A stretch of 64,000 bases of DNA from Chitinophagaceae bacterium. GTDB lineage: Bacteria > Bacteroidota > Bacteroidia > Chitinophagales > Chitinophagaceae. The stretch covers positions 25,368 to 89,367 of the forward strand of contig JADGPW010000140.1 in assembly GCA_017882265.1 (NCBI GenBank), given 5' to 3'. Shown one piece after another: positions 28,187 to 36,832 of the stretch; positions within the stretch are counted from its first letter, which is position 1; each line of letters starts with the position of its first letter. The translations under genes and the position numbers were made by a program. The notes beneath the pieces were generated by a model that was given only the letters and a program-made list of their open reading frames with translations, did not search any database and was not told the origin of the DNA.

Positions 28187-29649
28187 TAAATATTTTTTTC
28201 AATTTCCGAAAGCCGTTGCCGGGCTAACCAGGCGGACGGTGTATAATAGATCAATGATAGTGCCTTTTTGATCCTGATAAAATTCATGGAAGCAGGTTTG
28301 ACTATCAGGTTCCTGATCGATTCAAGAGCCAGATGTTTACGATAGCATTTATGAACATAACGATGGAGTTGTTTGTAAAATGCAGGTCCATACGTATTGC
28401 GGAACATCAGGGCCAGTTCATCCGAGTCGGTCCAGTTGGTCTTTTCTTTCAGATCATTTTTTACTTTTTCGAAAAAACTGGTACCCGGCAAAGGATAAGA
28501 AACTGAAATGCCGATCTCGTAGGGTAGTAACTCATTGATCATATTGATCGTTCTTACGATATCCTCCTTTGTTTCACCCGGGTAGCCAAACTGAATGAAA
28601 AAGGAGGGATTGATCGAATGTTTTTTCAGTAGCCGGGTGGCCTCGTAAATCTGCGGTACGGTGGTGCCTTTATCCATGGCATCTAATATCTTTTGTGAGC
28701 CGCTTTCAGCGCCCATCCAAATCGTTGAGCAGCCAGCCCTGGCAAGGTCCCTGATATAATTCTCCTGGAGCAAAAGATCCGCTCTTGCCTGGATCTTAAA
28801 CTTGAACTGCAATTTTTCTTTTTCAAGAAGATCGGCAAAGGTATGCACCCAGCCAGGAGTCAAACCAAAAATATCGTCACAAAACCAGATATGATCGAAT
28901 CCGAATTTATTCTTCAACATTATTAATTCTGCTACCACGTTTTCGGGGGACCGGGAATTATAACGGTTGCCATATATCGGTTTAGCGCACCAGTTGCATT
29001 TAAAAGGACAGCCTCGGGTAGTGGCCAAATTCAGGGAGAAATAGCCTTTTTGTTTTGACCATGTTTTTCGATACATATCTATGTCCACGAGATCCCAGGC
29101 TGGAAAAGGCAGACTATCCAGTTCTTTAAGCACCGTGCGCCTGACCGTTTTGATCACCGCGTCATTTTGTTTGAAAGCGATCCCAGGTATAGAAAGAAAA
29201 TCCGTTTGTTGCTGATCTAGCGAAGTTATTAATTGCGCCAATGCTTGTTCAGCTTCACCAAGGATTACAAAATCGGCGCCTTCATCCAGGTATTGTTCAT
29301 AATGATCGGTGGAATCCGAGCTGGATACAAGGACCGTACAACCTTTTTGCCGGGCAAATTTCATCATTTCAAATGCGGCTTCCCGCATATTGGTCAGACA
29401 CATCTTGGTCAGGTAATTGAAACCGTCATCATAGATCACGAAATAACGCGGATCCTGGGTTTCCAGAGGTGGTATCACTTCTTCCGGCCCATAAGCGAAC
29501 ATCGTATCAAGAAAAGAAACTTTATGTCCTTTCTCTCTCATCAACGCGGCGGCATATAGTGTGCCGATGGGTGGATAGGGCTGACCGGTGGCCCATTGCT
29601 TGGGGTCGAACCGCATAAAATAAGAATGAGAGAAGAGTATTTTGCTCAT
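28186..29649 (-). CDS. B12-binding-domain radical SAM protein (class B radical SAM methylase-like)
   Basis: N-terminal Rossmann-like region (GTLYAAALMREKGHKVSFLD...VLVSSS) followed by TTRGCPFKCNWCAKP (CxxxCxxC). Confidence 0.9.
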   Translation of the reverse strand: MSKILFSHSYFMRFDPKQWATGQPYPPIGTLYAAALMREKGHKVSFLDTMFAYGPEEVIPPLETQDPRYFVIYDDGFNYLTKMCLTNMREAAFEMMKFARQKGCTVLVSSSDSTDHYEQYLDEGADFVILGEAEQALAQLITSLDQQQTDFLSIPGIAFKQNDAVIKTVRRTVLKELDSLPFPAWDLVDIDMYRKTWSKQKGYFSLNLATTRGCPFKCNWCAKPIYGNRYNSRSPENVVAELIMLKNKFGFDHIWFCDDIFGLTPGWVHTFADLLEKEKLQFKFKIQARADLLLQENYIRDLARAGCSTIWMGAESGSQKILDAMDKGTTVPQIYEATRLLKKHSINPSFFIQFGYPGETKEDIVRTINMINELLPYEIGISVSYPLPGTSFFEKVKNDLKEKTNWTDSDELALMFRNTYGPAFYKQLHRYVHKCYRKHLALESIRNLIVKPASMNFIRIKKALSLIYYTPSAWLARQRLSEIEKNI

Positions 29650-29683
29650 ATGTTTATATTAATAGCCAGAAATAGAAAGATAT

Positions 29684-29772
29684 GGAATTGGTAATTTGGA
29701 ATTTGGAATTGGGCCTTGATGCGGAATGATCCGAATGCACTGAGGATTCCCTAATTCCAAATAACTAATTCC
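29684..29772. repeat. Intergenic hairpin element with self-similar arms (GGAATTGG-type words)
   Basis: Left arm GGAATTGGTAATTTGGAATTTGGAATTGGG (29684-29713). Right arm CCCTAATTCCAAATAACTAATTCC (29749-29772). The two form an imperfect inverted repeat around a ~35-nt loop. Confidence 0.7.
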
Positions 29773-29797
29773 TTTTCGCCCTAGCCGGCAAAAAAAA

Positions 29798-30862
29798 TCA
29801 AATCAATTTCGTTCCCGGCGAAAGGTTCAGGTAGCATACACATTTTTTACATGTATTGTTTGTATTCATATCAAGTTCCTTCCTGAACCGCATTCCTTGT
29901 TCACCATTTAAAATACTTTCCAGCGATTGATCCCTGATATTTCCCAACGGGGCATGAAAAAAACAGGGTCTTACAGTTCCATCCGCTTCCACGACGGTCG
30001 ATACCCAGGGCGCATTACATTTTTTGTAAGGAAAAGGGTTCAGTCCGTAAAATGCGGAATAATAACCGGGTATCTTCCTCAATTTATCGGGACTTTCAGC
30101 AATGAAATGCGAGGCGAAATCCGGCGCATATTTTTTTATGATATCTTCCGTACCGTTTTTTAATTCGGTTGTTTCATTTTGAGTTAACAGGATCTCATGT
30201 TGTCGCTGATTACTCCATAGTACTTCCCTGTTAAAAGCATGACTACTCGTATCCGCCGGTAAAAAACTGCACTGATCAAGCCCCATCTCTCTGGCACTGT
30301 CAATAATGGCAGGCCAATACCGGAAATTCAGGCGGTGGATCACCGTTCTGGAAGTGATCTTAAATGCCGGATCAAGACTTTTGAGATATTGTACTCCTTC
30401 TCTTAACTTTTGAAAGGCATTCGGGATATTCCTGATCCGGTTATGTATCTCTTCATTCCCATCCAGTGAGACGATGATATCATTTACCCAGGTCAGAATC
30501 CGGGGTGCGTTTTTTTTCAGGGTGAGCCCGGTAGACAGCAACGACACTTTAATATTTTGTCCTTTAAGTATCTCACAAAACCTGAAAAAGTTAGGGTTCA
30601 GCAAGGCCTCACCGCCTGACATGACCACTTGTTGTGTTCCCAGTTTAGTTAATGAACGCATTAACCCGTGTATATCTTTTTCCGTCAATTGTTTCAGGTT
30701 CTTATTGTCCTTCCAGATATCACACATAACGCACTGGCAATTGCAGGCGCTGTGGGGCATCAGGATCGCGATAGGAAGGGCCTTAATATGATCAGTCTGT
30801 AACGTACGGTGACGCTTAAAACGATGATATAATGATTGGGTAATTGTCATTTTAATTGTCAT
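29798..30862 (-). CDS. Radical SAM protein with abbreviated SPASM/twitch-like C-terminal Cys cluster
   Basis: MPHSACNCQCVMCDIW (CxxxCxxC) and SGGEALLNP. The C-terminus has C-x12-G-x4-C (CNAPWVSTVVEADGTVRPC) and CKKCVC. Confidence 0.85.
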   Translation of the reverse strand: MTIKMTITQSLYHRFKRHRTLQTDHIKALPIAILMPHSACNCQCVMCDIWKDNKNLKQLTEKDIHGLMRSLTKLGTQQVVMSGGEALLNPNFFRFCEILKGQNIKVSLLSTGLTLKKNAPRILTWVNDIIVSLDGNEEIHNRIRNIPNAFQKLREGVQYLKSLDPAFKITSRTVIHRLNFRYWPAIIDSAREMGLDQCSFLPADTSSHAFNREVLWSNQRQHEILLTQNETTELKNGTEDIIKKYAPDFASHFIAESPDKLRKIPGYYSAFYGLNPFPYKKCNAPWVSTVVEADGTVRPCFFHAPLGNIRDQSLESILNGEQGMRFRKELDMNTNNTCKKCVCYLNLSPGTKLI

Positions 30863-31622
30863 CTTTTTTTATACAAACCCATGTAAATGGATTGCTGTTC
30901 CGGAATATGATCCCGGCAAATGGGTGGGGTTTGTATAATATGGAATTGCTGAAAAGGTCGAGTTCCTCAAACGTATGATGAAAATACTGGCGGGCCATTT
31001 CCGGAAAACCCATTTGCCGGTAATAGGATTCCGTTCTTTTTTTGGCAGCCGCTGATTCATTTTTCTTATAAAAGGGACTGTCCATAATATGCAGTTCACC
31101 GCCCGGGTTCAGTAATTGTAAAGCGATATTGATGATCTCGCGCAGGGAAGGAAAATATTGAACCGAAGCGGCAAATAGAATAATATCGAATTTCATATGA
31201 TCCAAAACCCCGGACCTGATATCTCCGTAAATGAACTCCAGGCCGGGAATATTCCTGTACACTCTGGCCGCCTGTTGCAATTCAGTGAAATTGATATCAG
31301 AACCGATCACTTCACTGGTAACGGAATGGGAAAGCTGGAACGAAAGCCAGCCATTTCCACAGCCGGCCTCTAGTATCTTCAGGGTGGATTGTTTTTGTTG
31401 CAGGTAATGGATCAGTTTTCTGCAGGAACCTTTGCGAATCAGCCATTCCCTGAAATGAGGATGTTGTGTTGAAATGTCAGGAAGATGCAGGACCTCTTCA
31501 TCACTGTACATTCTTTTCTCTAGCCACCGGATGTCATTGTATTTCTTTTCAAACAAAGTATCAGGCTTCACTCTTTCCGGAATGTAGACATGGTTGGTGA
31601 TAGTAAAACCTGAGAGGTTCAT
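30852..31622 (-). CDS. Class I SAM-dependent methyltransferase
   Basis: Motif I LKILEAGCGNGWLSFQL. It overlaps the downstream radical SAM start by 11 nt. Confidence 0.85.
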   Translation of the reverse strand: MNLSGFTITNHVYIPERVKPDTLFEKKYNDIRWLEKRMYSDEEVLHLPDISTQHPHFREWLIRKGSCRKLIHYLQQKQSTLKILEAGCGNGWLSFQLSHSVTSEVIGSDINFTELQQAARVYRNIPGLEFIYGDIRSGVLDHMKFDIILFAASVQYFPSLREIINIALQLLNPGGELHIMDSPFYKKNESAAAKKRTESYYRQMGFPEMARQYFHHTFEELDLFSNSILYKPHPFAGIIFRNSNPFTWVCIKKDDN

Positions 31623-31654
31623 GAATGTTTATTTTAATTGACCCTGTTCGATAT

Positions 31655-33157
31655 TCAAAACCCCTGTATCTCCGGTTGACGGTATTTCCAAAGGCGGTGT
31701 AATAATTTTATTTCGTATGGGAAACGGTAAAAACTGGTCTTATAGCGCAATCCGGCAACTGTCCGAATCAGTTTCCGTTTTACCGAATTGAGCCGGATAT
31801 CTGAAACGGTGGGAAAGTAACCATTTAATACTGTTTCAAAATTCCTGATCTTATCGATCATTTCAGGAGTGAGCCAGGGGGTCAATGGATTTTTCCGCAT
31901 ATCGAACCGTTCCCATTGGGGTGTGATCCAATCCTCCAGTTTCCTTGGATATTCAAACCCGCTTGCCAGCACTTCATTATACAGATCAGAACCTTCTGTT
32001 GGGACCGGACTGTATGTATACAAAACGATCTCTGTTCTTGGATTGACAGCTTTTACTTTTTTGATAAAACGGATATCAAATTCGATCTGTTCCATCACTT
32101 TTTCAGGAGTAGGAGCAGGGGTACCCAGTACGAAGGAATACTCGGGAATGATGTCAAATTTTTTCAGGCGTCCGGCAAATCGGACGATCTGCTCCCCGGT
32201 TTGTGTCCCACCTTTGTCCAATTGCTTCAGCACAGCATCATTACCGCTTTCCGCACCAAAGAAAATTATTTTACAACCTGCTTCACGGATCAGGGCCAAT
32301 GATTCATCTTTGAATTTATCCATGGTATCAATCCTTGCCATCCCCCACCAGTTCATCTTCTCTGGCTTTATCAGTTTTGAAAACTCCACTGTTCTTTTCT
32401 CGGATACAAAAAAATTGTTATCATGAAACTCAATGGCATTAGCGCCCCATCTTTCTTTGATATATTTAATGTCCTTATACACAGTGGAAGCTGATTTGGC
32501 TTTCCATCTGGCTTCGTAGGTAGGTACCACTGCGCAAAATGAGCAGGTGAACGGGCAGCCGATGCTGGAATGATAAGCAAGGGTGCGGGTTCCCAAATAC
32601 GTTTTACCCAAATAGTATTTATCTACGGAATAAAATCTGTTCAGTTTATCATAGGGTAAAGGGGGAAGACTGTCCTGTTCGATCAGGTCTTCTTTTGCAT
32701 TTTTAAGGATGGCATCTCCGGAACGATAAATAAGATTCTTAATAAGCTCATAGGGCTTATTATTTTCCAATGCCTCCAGTAATTGGGGGAAAGCACGATC
32801 CCCAGGGCCATTGATCACAAAATCTACATACCCGGATTGCAAAACGATCTTGTAATGATTGGTTGGGAAATAGCCTCCCCATATCAGGATAGTATCGGGA
32901 AATTCTTCTTTTATTTTTTTGGAAAAAGGGATAGCCTGCTTGGTTTGGGGTCCGGGCATGATCGTAAAACCTACATACCTGAACTGACCTGTTTTTAAAT
33001 AGCGGCTGATCGCTGCATAAGGATCTTTTTCGCAATTACCATCTACGATTACCCAATCAAATATTCCATCAACGGAAGCTGCAATATTCATGATGGAATT
33101 GGGAATACGATGTTTCGCATTGGCACTTTTGGGATTAAAAAGCAGGACCTTATTCAT
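31655..33157 (-). CDS. B12-binding-domain radical SAM protein (class B radical SAM methylase-like)
   Basis: N-terminal Rossmann-like region (VGFTIMPGPQTKQAIPFSKKIKEEFPDTILIWGG) followed by HSSIGCPFTCSFCAV (CxxxCxxC). It is a divergent paralogue of 28186-29649. Confidence 0.9.
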   Translation of the reverse strand: MNKVLLFNPKSANAKHRIPNSIMNIAASVDGIFDWVIVDGNCEKDPYAAISRYLKTGQFRYVGFTIMPGPQTKQAIPFSKKIKEEFPDTILIWGGYFPTNHYKIVLQSGYVDFVINGPGDRAFPQLLEALENNKPYELIKNLIYRSGDAILKNAKEDLIEQDSLPPLPYDKLNRFYSVDKYYLGKTYLGTRTLAYHSSIGCPFTCSFCAVVPTYEARWKAKSASTVYKDIKYIKERWGANAIEFHDNNFFVSEKRTVEFSKLIKPEKMNWWGMARIDTMDKFKDESLALIREAGCKIIFFGAESGNDAVLKQLDKGGTQTGEQIVRFAGRLKKFDIIPEYSFVLGTPAPTPEKVMEQIEFDIRFIKKVKAVNPRTEIVLYTYSPVPTEGSDLYNEVLASGFEYPRKLEDWITPQWERFDMRKNPLTPWLTPEMIDKIRNFETVLNGYFPTVSDIRLNSVKRKLIRTVAGLRYKTSFYRFPYEIKLLHRLWKYRQPEIQGF

Positions 33158-33248
33158 AACTCTTTCAGAACGAAATCAAAACACAGGGGGTTGCCTTCTA
33201 TTCTTTGTTCTTTATGCTTATTTTTAGCACAATTACTCAAGATAGGAT

Positions 33249-33977
33249 ATGTCATTACCCCGCCAACTAAAGAGGCTATTCTTCGGCAAAAAAGAAACCG
33301 ATCCTGCCAGGGCTTACGGGCTCTGGGCCGCAAGTTATGATGTACAACCTGGCAACCTGATGCTGGACATGGATGAGGACCTATTTACCGGGTTTTTGAA
33401 TGAAACACCTGTTTCCGGGAAAAGGGTTGTGGATATTGGCTGTGGCACCGGTCGTCATTGGAAGAAGATCATGCAAAAAAACCCGGCCCGATTGATCGGT
33501 TATGATGTTTCCGCAGAAATGTTGGATAAACTGAAACAGAAATTCCCGGGAGCGGAAACCCATGTTATAGTAGATCATGTGCTTCCTGGCCTGGAAGATA
33601 ATTCCTGCGATCTTATTATTTCGACACTTACCATTGCCCATATACCCGCTATTGAAAAAGCCATGTTGGAATGGAACCGGGTTTTAAAACCGGGTGGGGA
33701 GATCATCATCACTGATTATCATCCTGAAGCATTGGCCAGAGGGGGTAAAAGGACATTCAGGCACGAAGGAAAACTCGTGGCTGTTAAAAACTATATTCAC
33801 TCCGTGAAGAAGATGAGGTTGTTAGCCAAGCAACTGCAATTCAAAGAACTTCGTTTTGCCGAAAGGGTCATTAATGATTCAGTAAAAGGCTATTATGAAA
33901 GACAAAATGCGCTTCTGCTATTTGAGCAATTCAGGGAGGTTCCAATTATTTATGGTATTCATTTAAAGAAAGTATGA
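33249..33977 (+). CDS. Class I SAM-dependent methyltransferase
   Basis: Motif I KRVVDIGCGTGRHW, then LKPGGEIIITDYHP. The stop overlaps the next start (ATGA). Confidence 0.85.
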   Translation: MSLPRQLKRLFFGKKETDPARAYGLWAASYDVQPGNLMLDMDEDLFTGFLNETPVSGKRVVDIGCGTGRHWKKIMQKNPARLIGYDVSAEMLDKLKQKFPGAETHVIVDHVLPGLEDNSCDLIISTLTIAHIPAIEKAMLEWNRVLKPGGEIIITDYHPEALARGGKRTFRHEGKLVAVKNYIHSVKKMRLLAKQLQFKELRFAERVINDSVKGYYERQNALLLFEQFREVPIIYGIHLKKV

Positions 33978-35104
33978 TCCTTCATGATCTTCACATTTTA
34001 GGAACTACGGCCATAAAACATATTCATGTTGAGCAGGGGAAAATAAAAGCTATTACGAATTACAGGGAGGATCTGGGCCATCTGTCCGGTGAGCAGCACC
34101 TGGAACTTGACAAGGCGATGGCTTTCCCGGGACTTATCAACTCACATGATCATCTTGACTTTAATTTATTTCCCAGGCTTGGCAACAGGATATATGATAA
34201 CTATACGGAATGGGGAGCTGATATACACCTGGTCAATAGTGAAATTATAAAACAGGTATTGCGGATACCCTTACCGCTTCGAATAAAATGGGGGCTCTAT
34301 AAAAATCTTCTGAATGGTTTTACTACGGTGGTCAATCATGGCGATCTGCTCAGGATTGAAGACGAACTTATCACTGTTGTCCAGGATGGCTATACACTTC
34401 ATTCTCCGGCATTTGAAAAGAACTGGAAATGGAAATTGAATAAACCCTTTAAAAAACATGACCTCTTCGTGATGCATATTGGTGAGGGCACGGATCCGGC
34501 TGCGGAAAAAGAGATCAGTGAAGTGATTCGTTGGAATCTCTTTAAACGGAAGATCATTGCCGTTCATGGCGTGGCGATGAAAGAGAGCCAGGCGGCTTCA
34601 TTTGCTGGGCTGGTATGGTGTCCTGCTTCCAATTATTTCTTATTGAAAAGGACGGCGGCAATTGACAAACTTAAAAGCAAAACAAAAATAGTTTTTGGAT
34701 CAGACTCCACTTTAACAGCACCCTGGAATTTGTGGGAACATATCCGGCAGGCAAAAAAAACAGGTATGATGACAGATGAGGAACTCATTGAGGCATTAAC
34801 AACGATTCCGGCTGAATTGTGGGGAAGGAAGGAAGTGGGAACAATTGAAGCAAATAAAACTGCGGATATGGTTGTGACAAGAAAAAACGACGATTTTTTC
34901 AACCTGAACCCGGAAGATATTTTGCTTGTCATTCACCAGGGAAATATCCGGATGTTTGACAGCAGCCTTTCAATGCAACTAAATAACCTGGTGGGTAAGG
35001 ATTTTGAAAGCATAGCGCTAAATGTATCCGTAAAATATGTGCAGGGAGATTTAAGCGCCCTGATAGATGAAATAAAAAGCTATGGTATTCAAACCAATTT
35101 GTAA
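33974..35104 (+). CDS. Amidohydrolase-superfamily metal-dependent hydrolase
   Basis: The motif FPGLINSHDHLDFN gives an HxH metal site. Further candidate ligands lie in IAVHGVAM and FGSDS. Confidence 0.8.
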   Translation: MILHDLHILGTTAIKHIHVEQGKIKAITNYREDLGHLSGEQHLELDKAMAFPGLINSHDHLDFNLFPRLGNRIYDNYTEWGADIHLVNSEIIKQVLRIPLPLRIKWGLYKNLLNGFTTVVNHGDLLRIEDELITVVQDGYTLHSPAFEKNWKWKLNKPFKKHDLFVMHIGEGTDPAAEKEISEVIRWNLFKRKIIAVHGVAMKESQAASFAGLVWCPASNYFLLKRTAAIDKLKSKTKIVFGSDSTLTAPWNLWEHIRQAKKTGMMTDEELIEALTTIPAELWGRKEVGTIEANKTADMVVTRKNDDFFNLNPEDILLVIHQGNIRMFDSSLSMQLNNLVGKDFESIALNVSVKYVQGDLSALIDEIKSYGIQTNL

Positions 35105-36009
35105 TGACGGCCTTTTCTTTCCTGGTGCAGGAACAACAGGAAATGGATATGATAAAAACCAGGGGAAGGTTCCTTGATTTTTTCTTCCTGAGCTGTTTCA
35201 CCCCACATCAGCATATGACTTCCCAGGTTGATGGTCTTTACAATCCTGATCTCTTTATAGGAGCTTGCCCAGGCCGGAACCGGAAACCCAAACATTTTAC
35301 TGGGAGATGTTGTAAAAGGAAGGAGATCCAATGAAGGCGGAGATGTACTATGATGTTTTCCCAGTTTATATATCTCATCCTTGTGTTCAAATGAAACTTC
35401 TGAAACGACTATTTTTCCTGTTTCGATTATTTTGGCCAATGTACGGTTGGTATGTCTTAGTCCAAATACAAATTTGTTGGAACCGGGAATGGGAGCAAGC
35501 AGGTCCATCGGGAAGATATTAAAATGACCACCTTCTTTGAATGAAATGATTCTTACCCTTCGCGGGTAACTGTAGGCTGTCACCAGAGCTTTGAATTTCT
35601 TAAAAGAATGACCGGGCTTGCGGTAGTATCGGGAGAATAAAAATCTTGCTTCAGCGAAATTGGTATGATAGATATTTCCCTCTTCATATTTCATTAAGTA
35701 CAGGCTGCCTTCTTCTTCTTCCATTTTACTAAATACTTTGAGCTTTACTTTCGCCAGGGTTTTTTCCGGATCCCGTATGATCATTTTCAGATCCTGGTCG
35801 TCGGGATCAAAAGGGGGCTCTCCTTTTTTCAGCCAAACCCCAAAGATTACCGGTTCCAGGCAAAGTACCCAATGACAGGTGGATATCTCCAGTAGCTTGT
35901 CTTTTGCTTCTAAAAAAACTTTTTCATAGATTTCCCTGTCCACTGTTATACCAGAGTATTCCGTGATCACAATATTTTTATAAATCATTTTTTTCAAAAA
36001 GCTCATCAT
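35089..36009 (-). CDS. Hypothetical protein; possible flavin-reductase-like split-barrel region
   Basis: 306-aa ORF translationally coupled (4-nt overlap) to the upstream methyltransferase. YPRRVRIISFKEGGHFNIFPMDLLAPI...FVFGLRHTNRTLAKIIETGKIVVSEV loosely resembles FMN-binding split-barrel proteins. This is a weak call. Confidence 0.55.
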   Translation of the reverse strand: MMSFLKKMIYKNIVITEYSGITVDREIYEKVFLEAKDKLLEISTCHWVLCLEPVIFGVWLKKGEPPFDPDDQDLKMIIRDPEKTLAKVKLKVFSKMEEEEGSLYLMKYEEGNIYHTNFAEARFLFSRYYRKPGHSFKKFKALVTAYSYPRRVRIISFKEGGHFNIFPMDLLAPIPGSNKFVFGLRHTNRTLAKIIETGKIVVSEVSFEHKDEIYKLGKHHSTSPPSLDLLPFTTSPSKMFGFPVPAWASSYKEIRIVKTINLGSHMLMWGETAQEEKIKEPSPGFYHIHFLLFLHQERKGRHYKLV

Positions 36010-36728
36010 TTCCTTATGAGGTGTATCAATGAAAATTCGTTTTCTTTCAATGCTGTAATATGATGAAGATCAAAATGGCTCCCCGAAGCTTTTATGATCT
36101 TCTCCAGAGTATGCAGGTACACGGTTTGTTGCCGATGGCCGAATTCAACTGTTATTTGAACAGTGGCCCCGGAAAATAGGGATGCGATTGTGCCCCTGCG
36201 ATTGGAGCGCCATCTTTTTTTGAATGAGCTGTTGAGCACAAGAGCGAATAACTGCGCCCCCGGCCGGGTAACCATCGCAAGACTTTTAAATAATATGCTC
36301 AGTGCGGGAATGCAGTTGATAACCGCGAAATTACAAAGCACTGCATCCGCTTTTGATTCGAAGGGAAGGGTTTCCTGCCATCCCCGGAAATCGGTCTTTG
36401 CTTCATCGAGGAATAAAATATCGCGGTCCTGAAGCTTTTCTTTATTAAACCGCATCGCTATTTCACGCATAGCTGTGGAGGGTTCACAAACTATGACCTG
36501 GTAATTATTTTTGCTTAGCCAAGCCAGGTCTTTTCCCGTACCGGCCCCAAAATCCAGCACCGTTCCTCCGGGCACTTTTCTCAAAAAAAGTCCTGCTACT
36601 GTATTCCTGGTAACGGCATTCTCCTTATCCTGGTCAAGAATATGATCGTATTGCGAAGCGATCTTATCGTAGTACAAGATATTCTGCTGCATGATCATCG
36701 CTTCATTTACATTGGAACTGCTTATCAT
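36006..36728 (-). CDS. Class I SAM-dependent methyltransferase
   Basis: Motif I GTVLDFGAGTGKDLAWL. Confidence 0.85.
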   Translation of the reverse strand: MISSSNVNEAMIMQQNILYYDKIASQYDHILDQDKENAVTRNTVAGLFLRKVPGGTVLDFGAGTGKDLAWLSKNNYQVIVCEPSTAMREIAMRFNKEKLQDRDILFLDEAKTDFRGWQETLPFESKADAVLCNFAVINCIPALSILFKSLAMVTRPGAQLFALVLNSSFKKRWRSNRRGTIASLFSGATVQITVEFGHRQQTVYLHTLEKIIKASGSHFDLHHITALKENEFSLIHLIRK

Positions 36729-36832
36729 ATATTATTTGATCTTGCAACTTACATATAAAATTGTAGCGGGCTATTCTTACTTTCGTAACGGGTATGTTAT
36801 TGCAATGGTGGTCTGCCCGGTATATTTTTTTT

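Noticed and set aside
31869-32426. Long antisense ORFs (185 aa at 31869-32426; also 184 aa at 53401-53955, 189 aa at 60076-60645 and 140 aa at 6614-7036)
   Set aside because: Each is fully nested opposite a CDS with strong family motifs (B12-radical SAM, HExxH protein, SusD-like, response regulator). Their products are low-complexity, Ser/Cys/Ile-rich sequences with no motif.
27362-33157. RiPP (ribosomal peptide) biosynthetic cluster, because of a SPASM-like radical SAM and an ABC exporter nearby
   Set aside because: I found no plausible short precursor ORF in the gaps. The 148-nt gap at 29650-29797 is a hairpin repeat whose only ORF is a GTG-started 28-codon repeat artefact. The ABC exporter has no C39 peptidase domain and no RRE-like domain was recognised. 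This cannot be fully excluded without profile searches, so it is listed as the refutation condition of the main finding.
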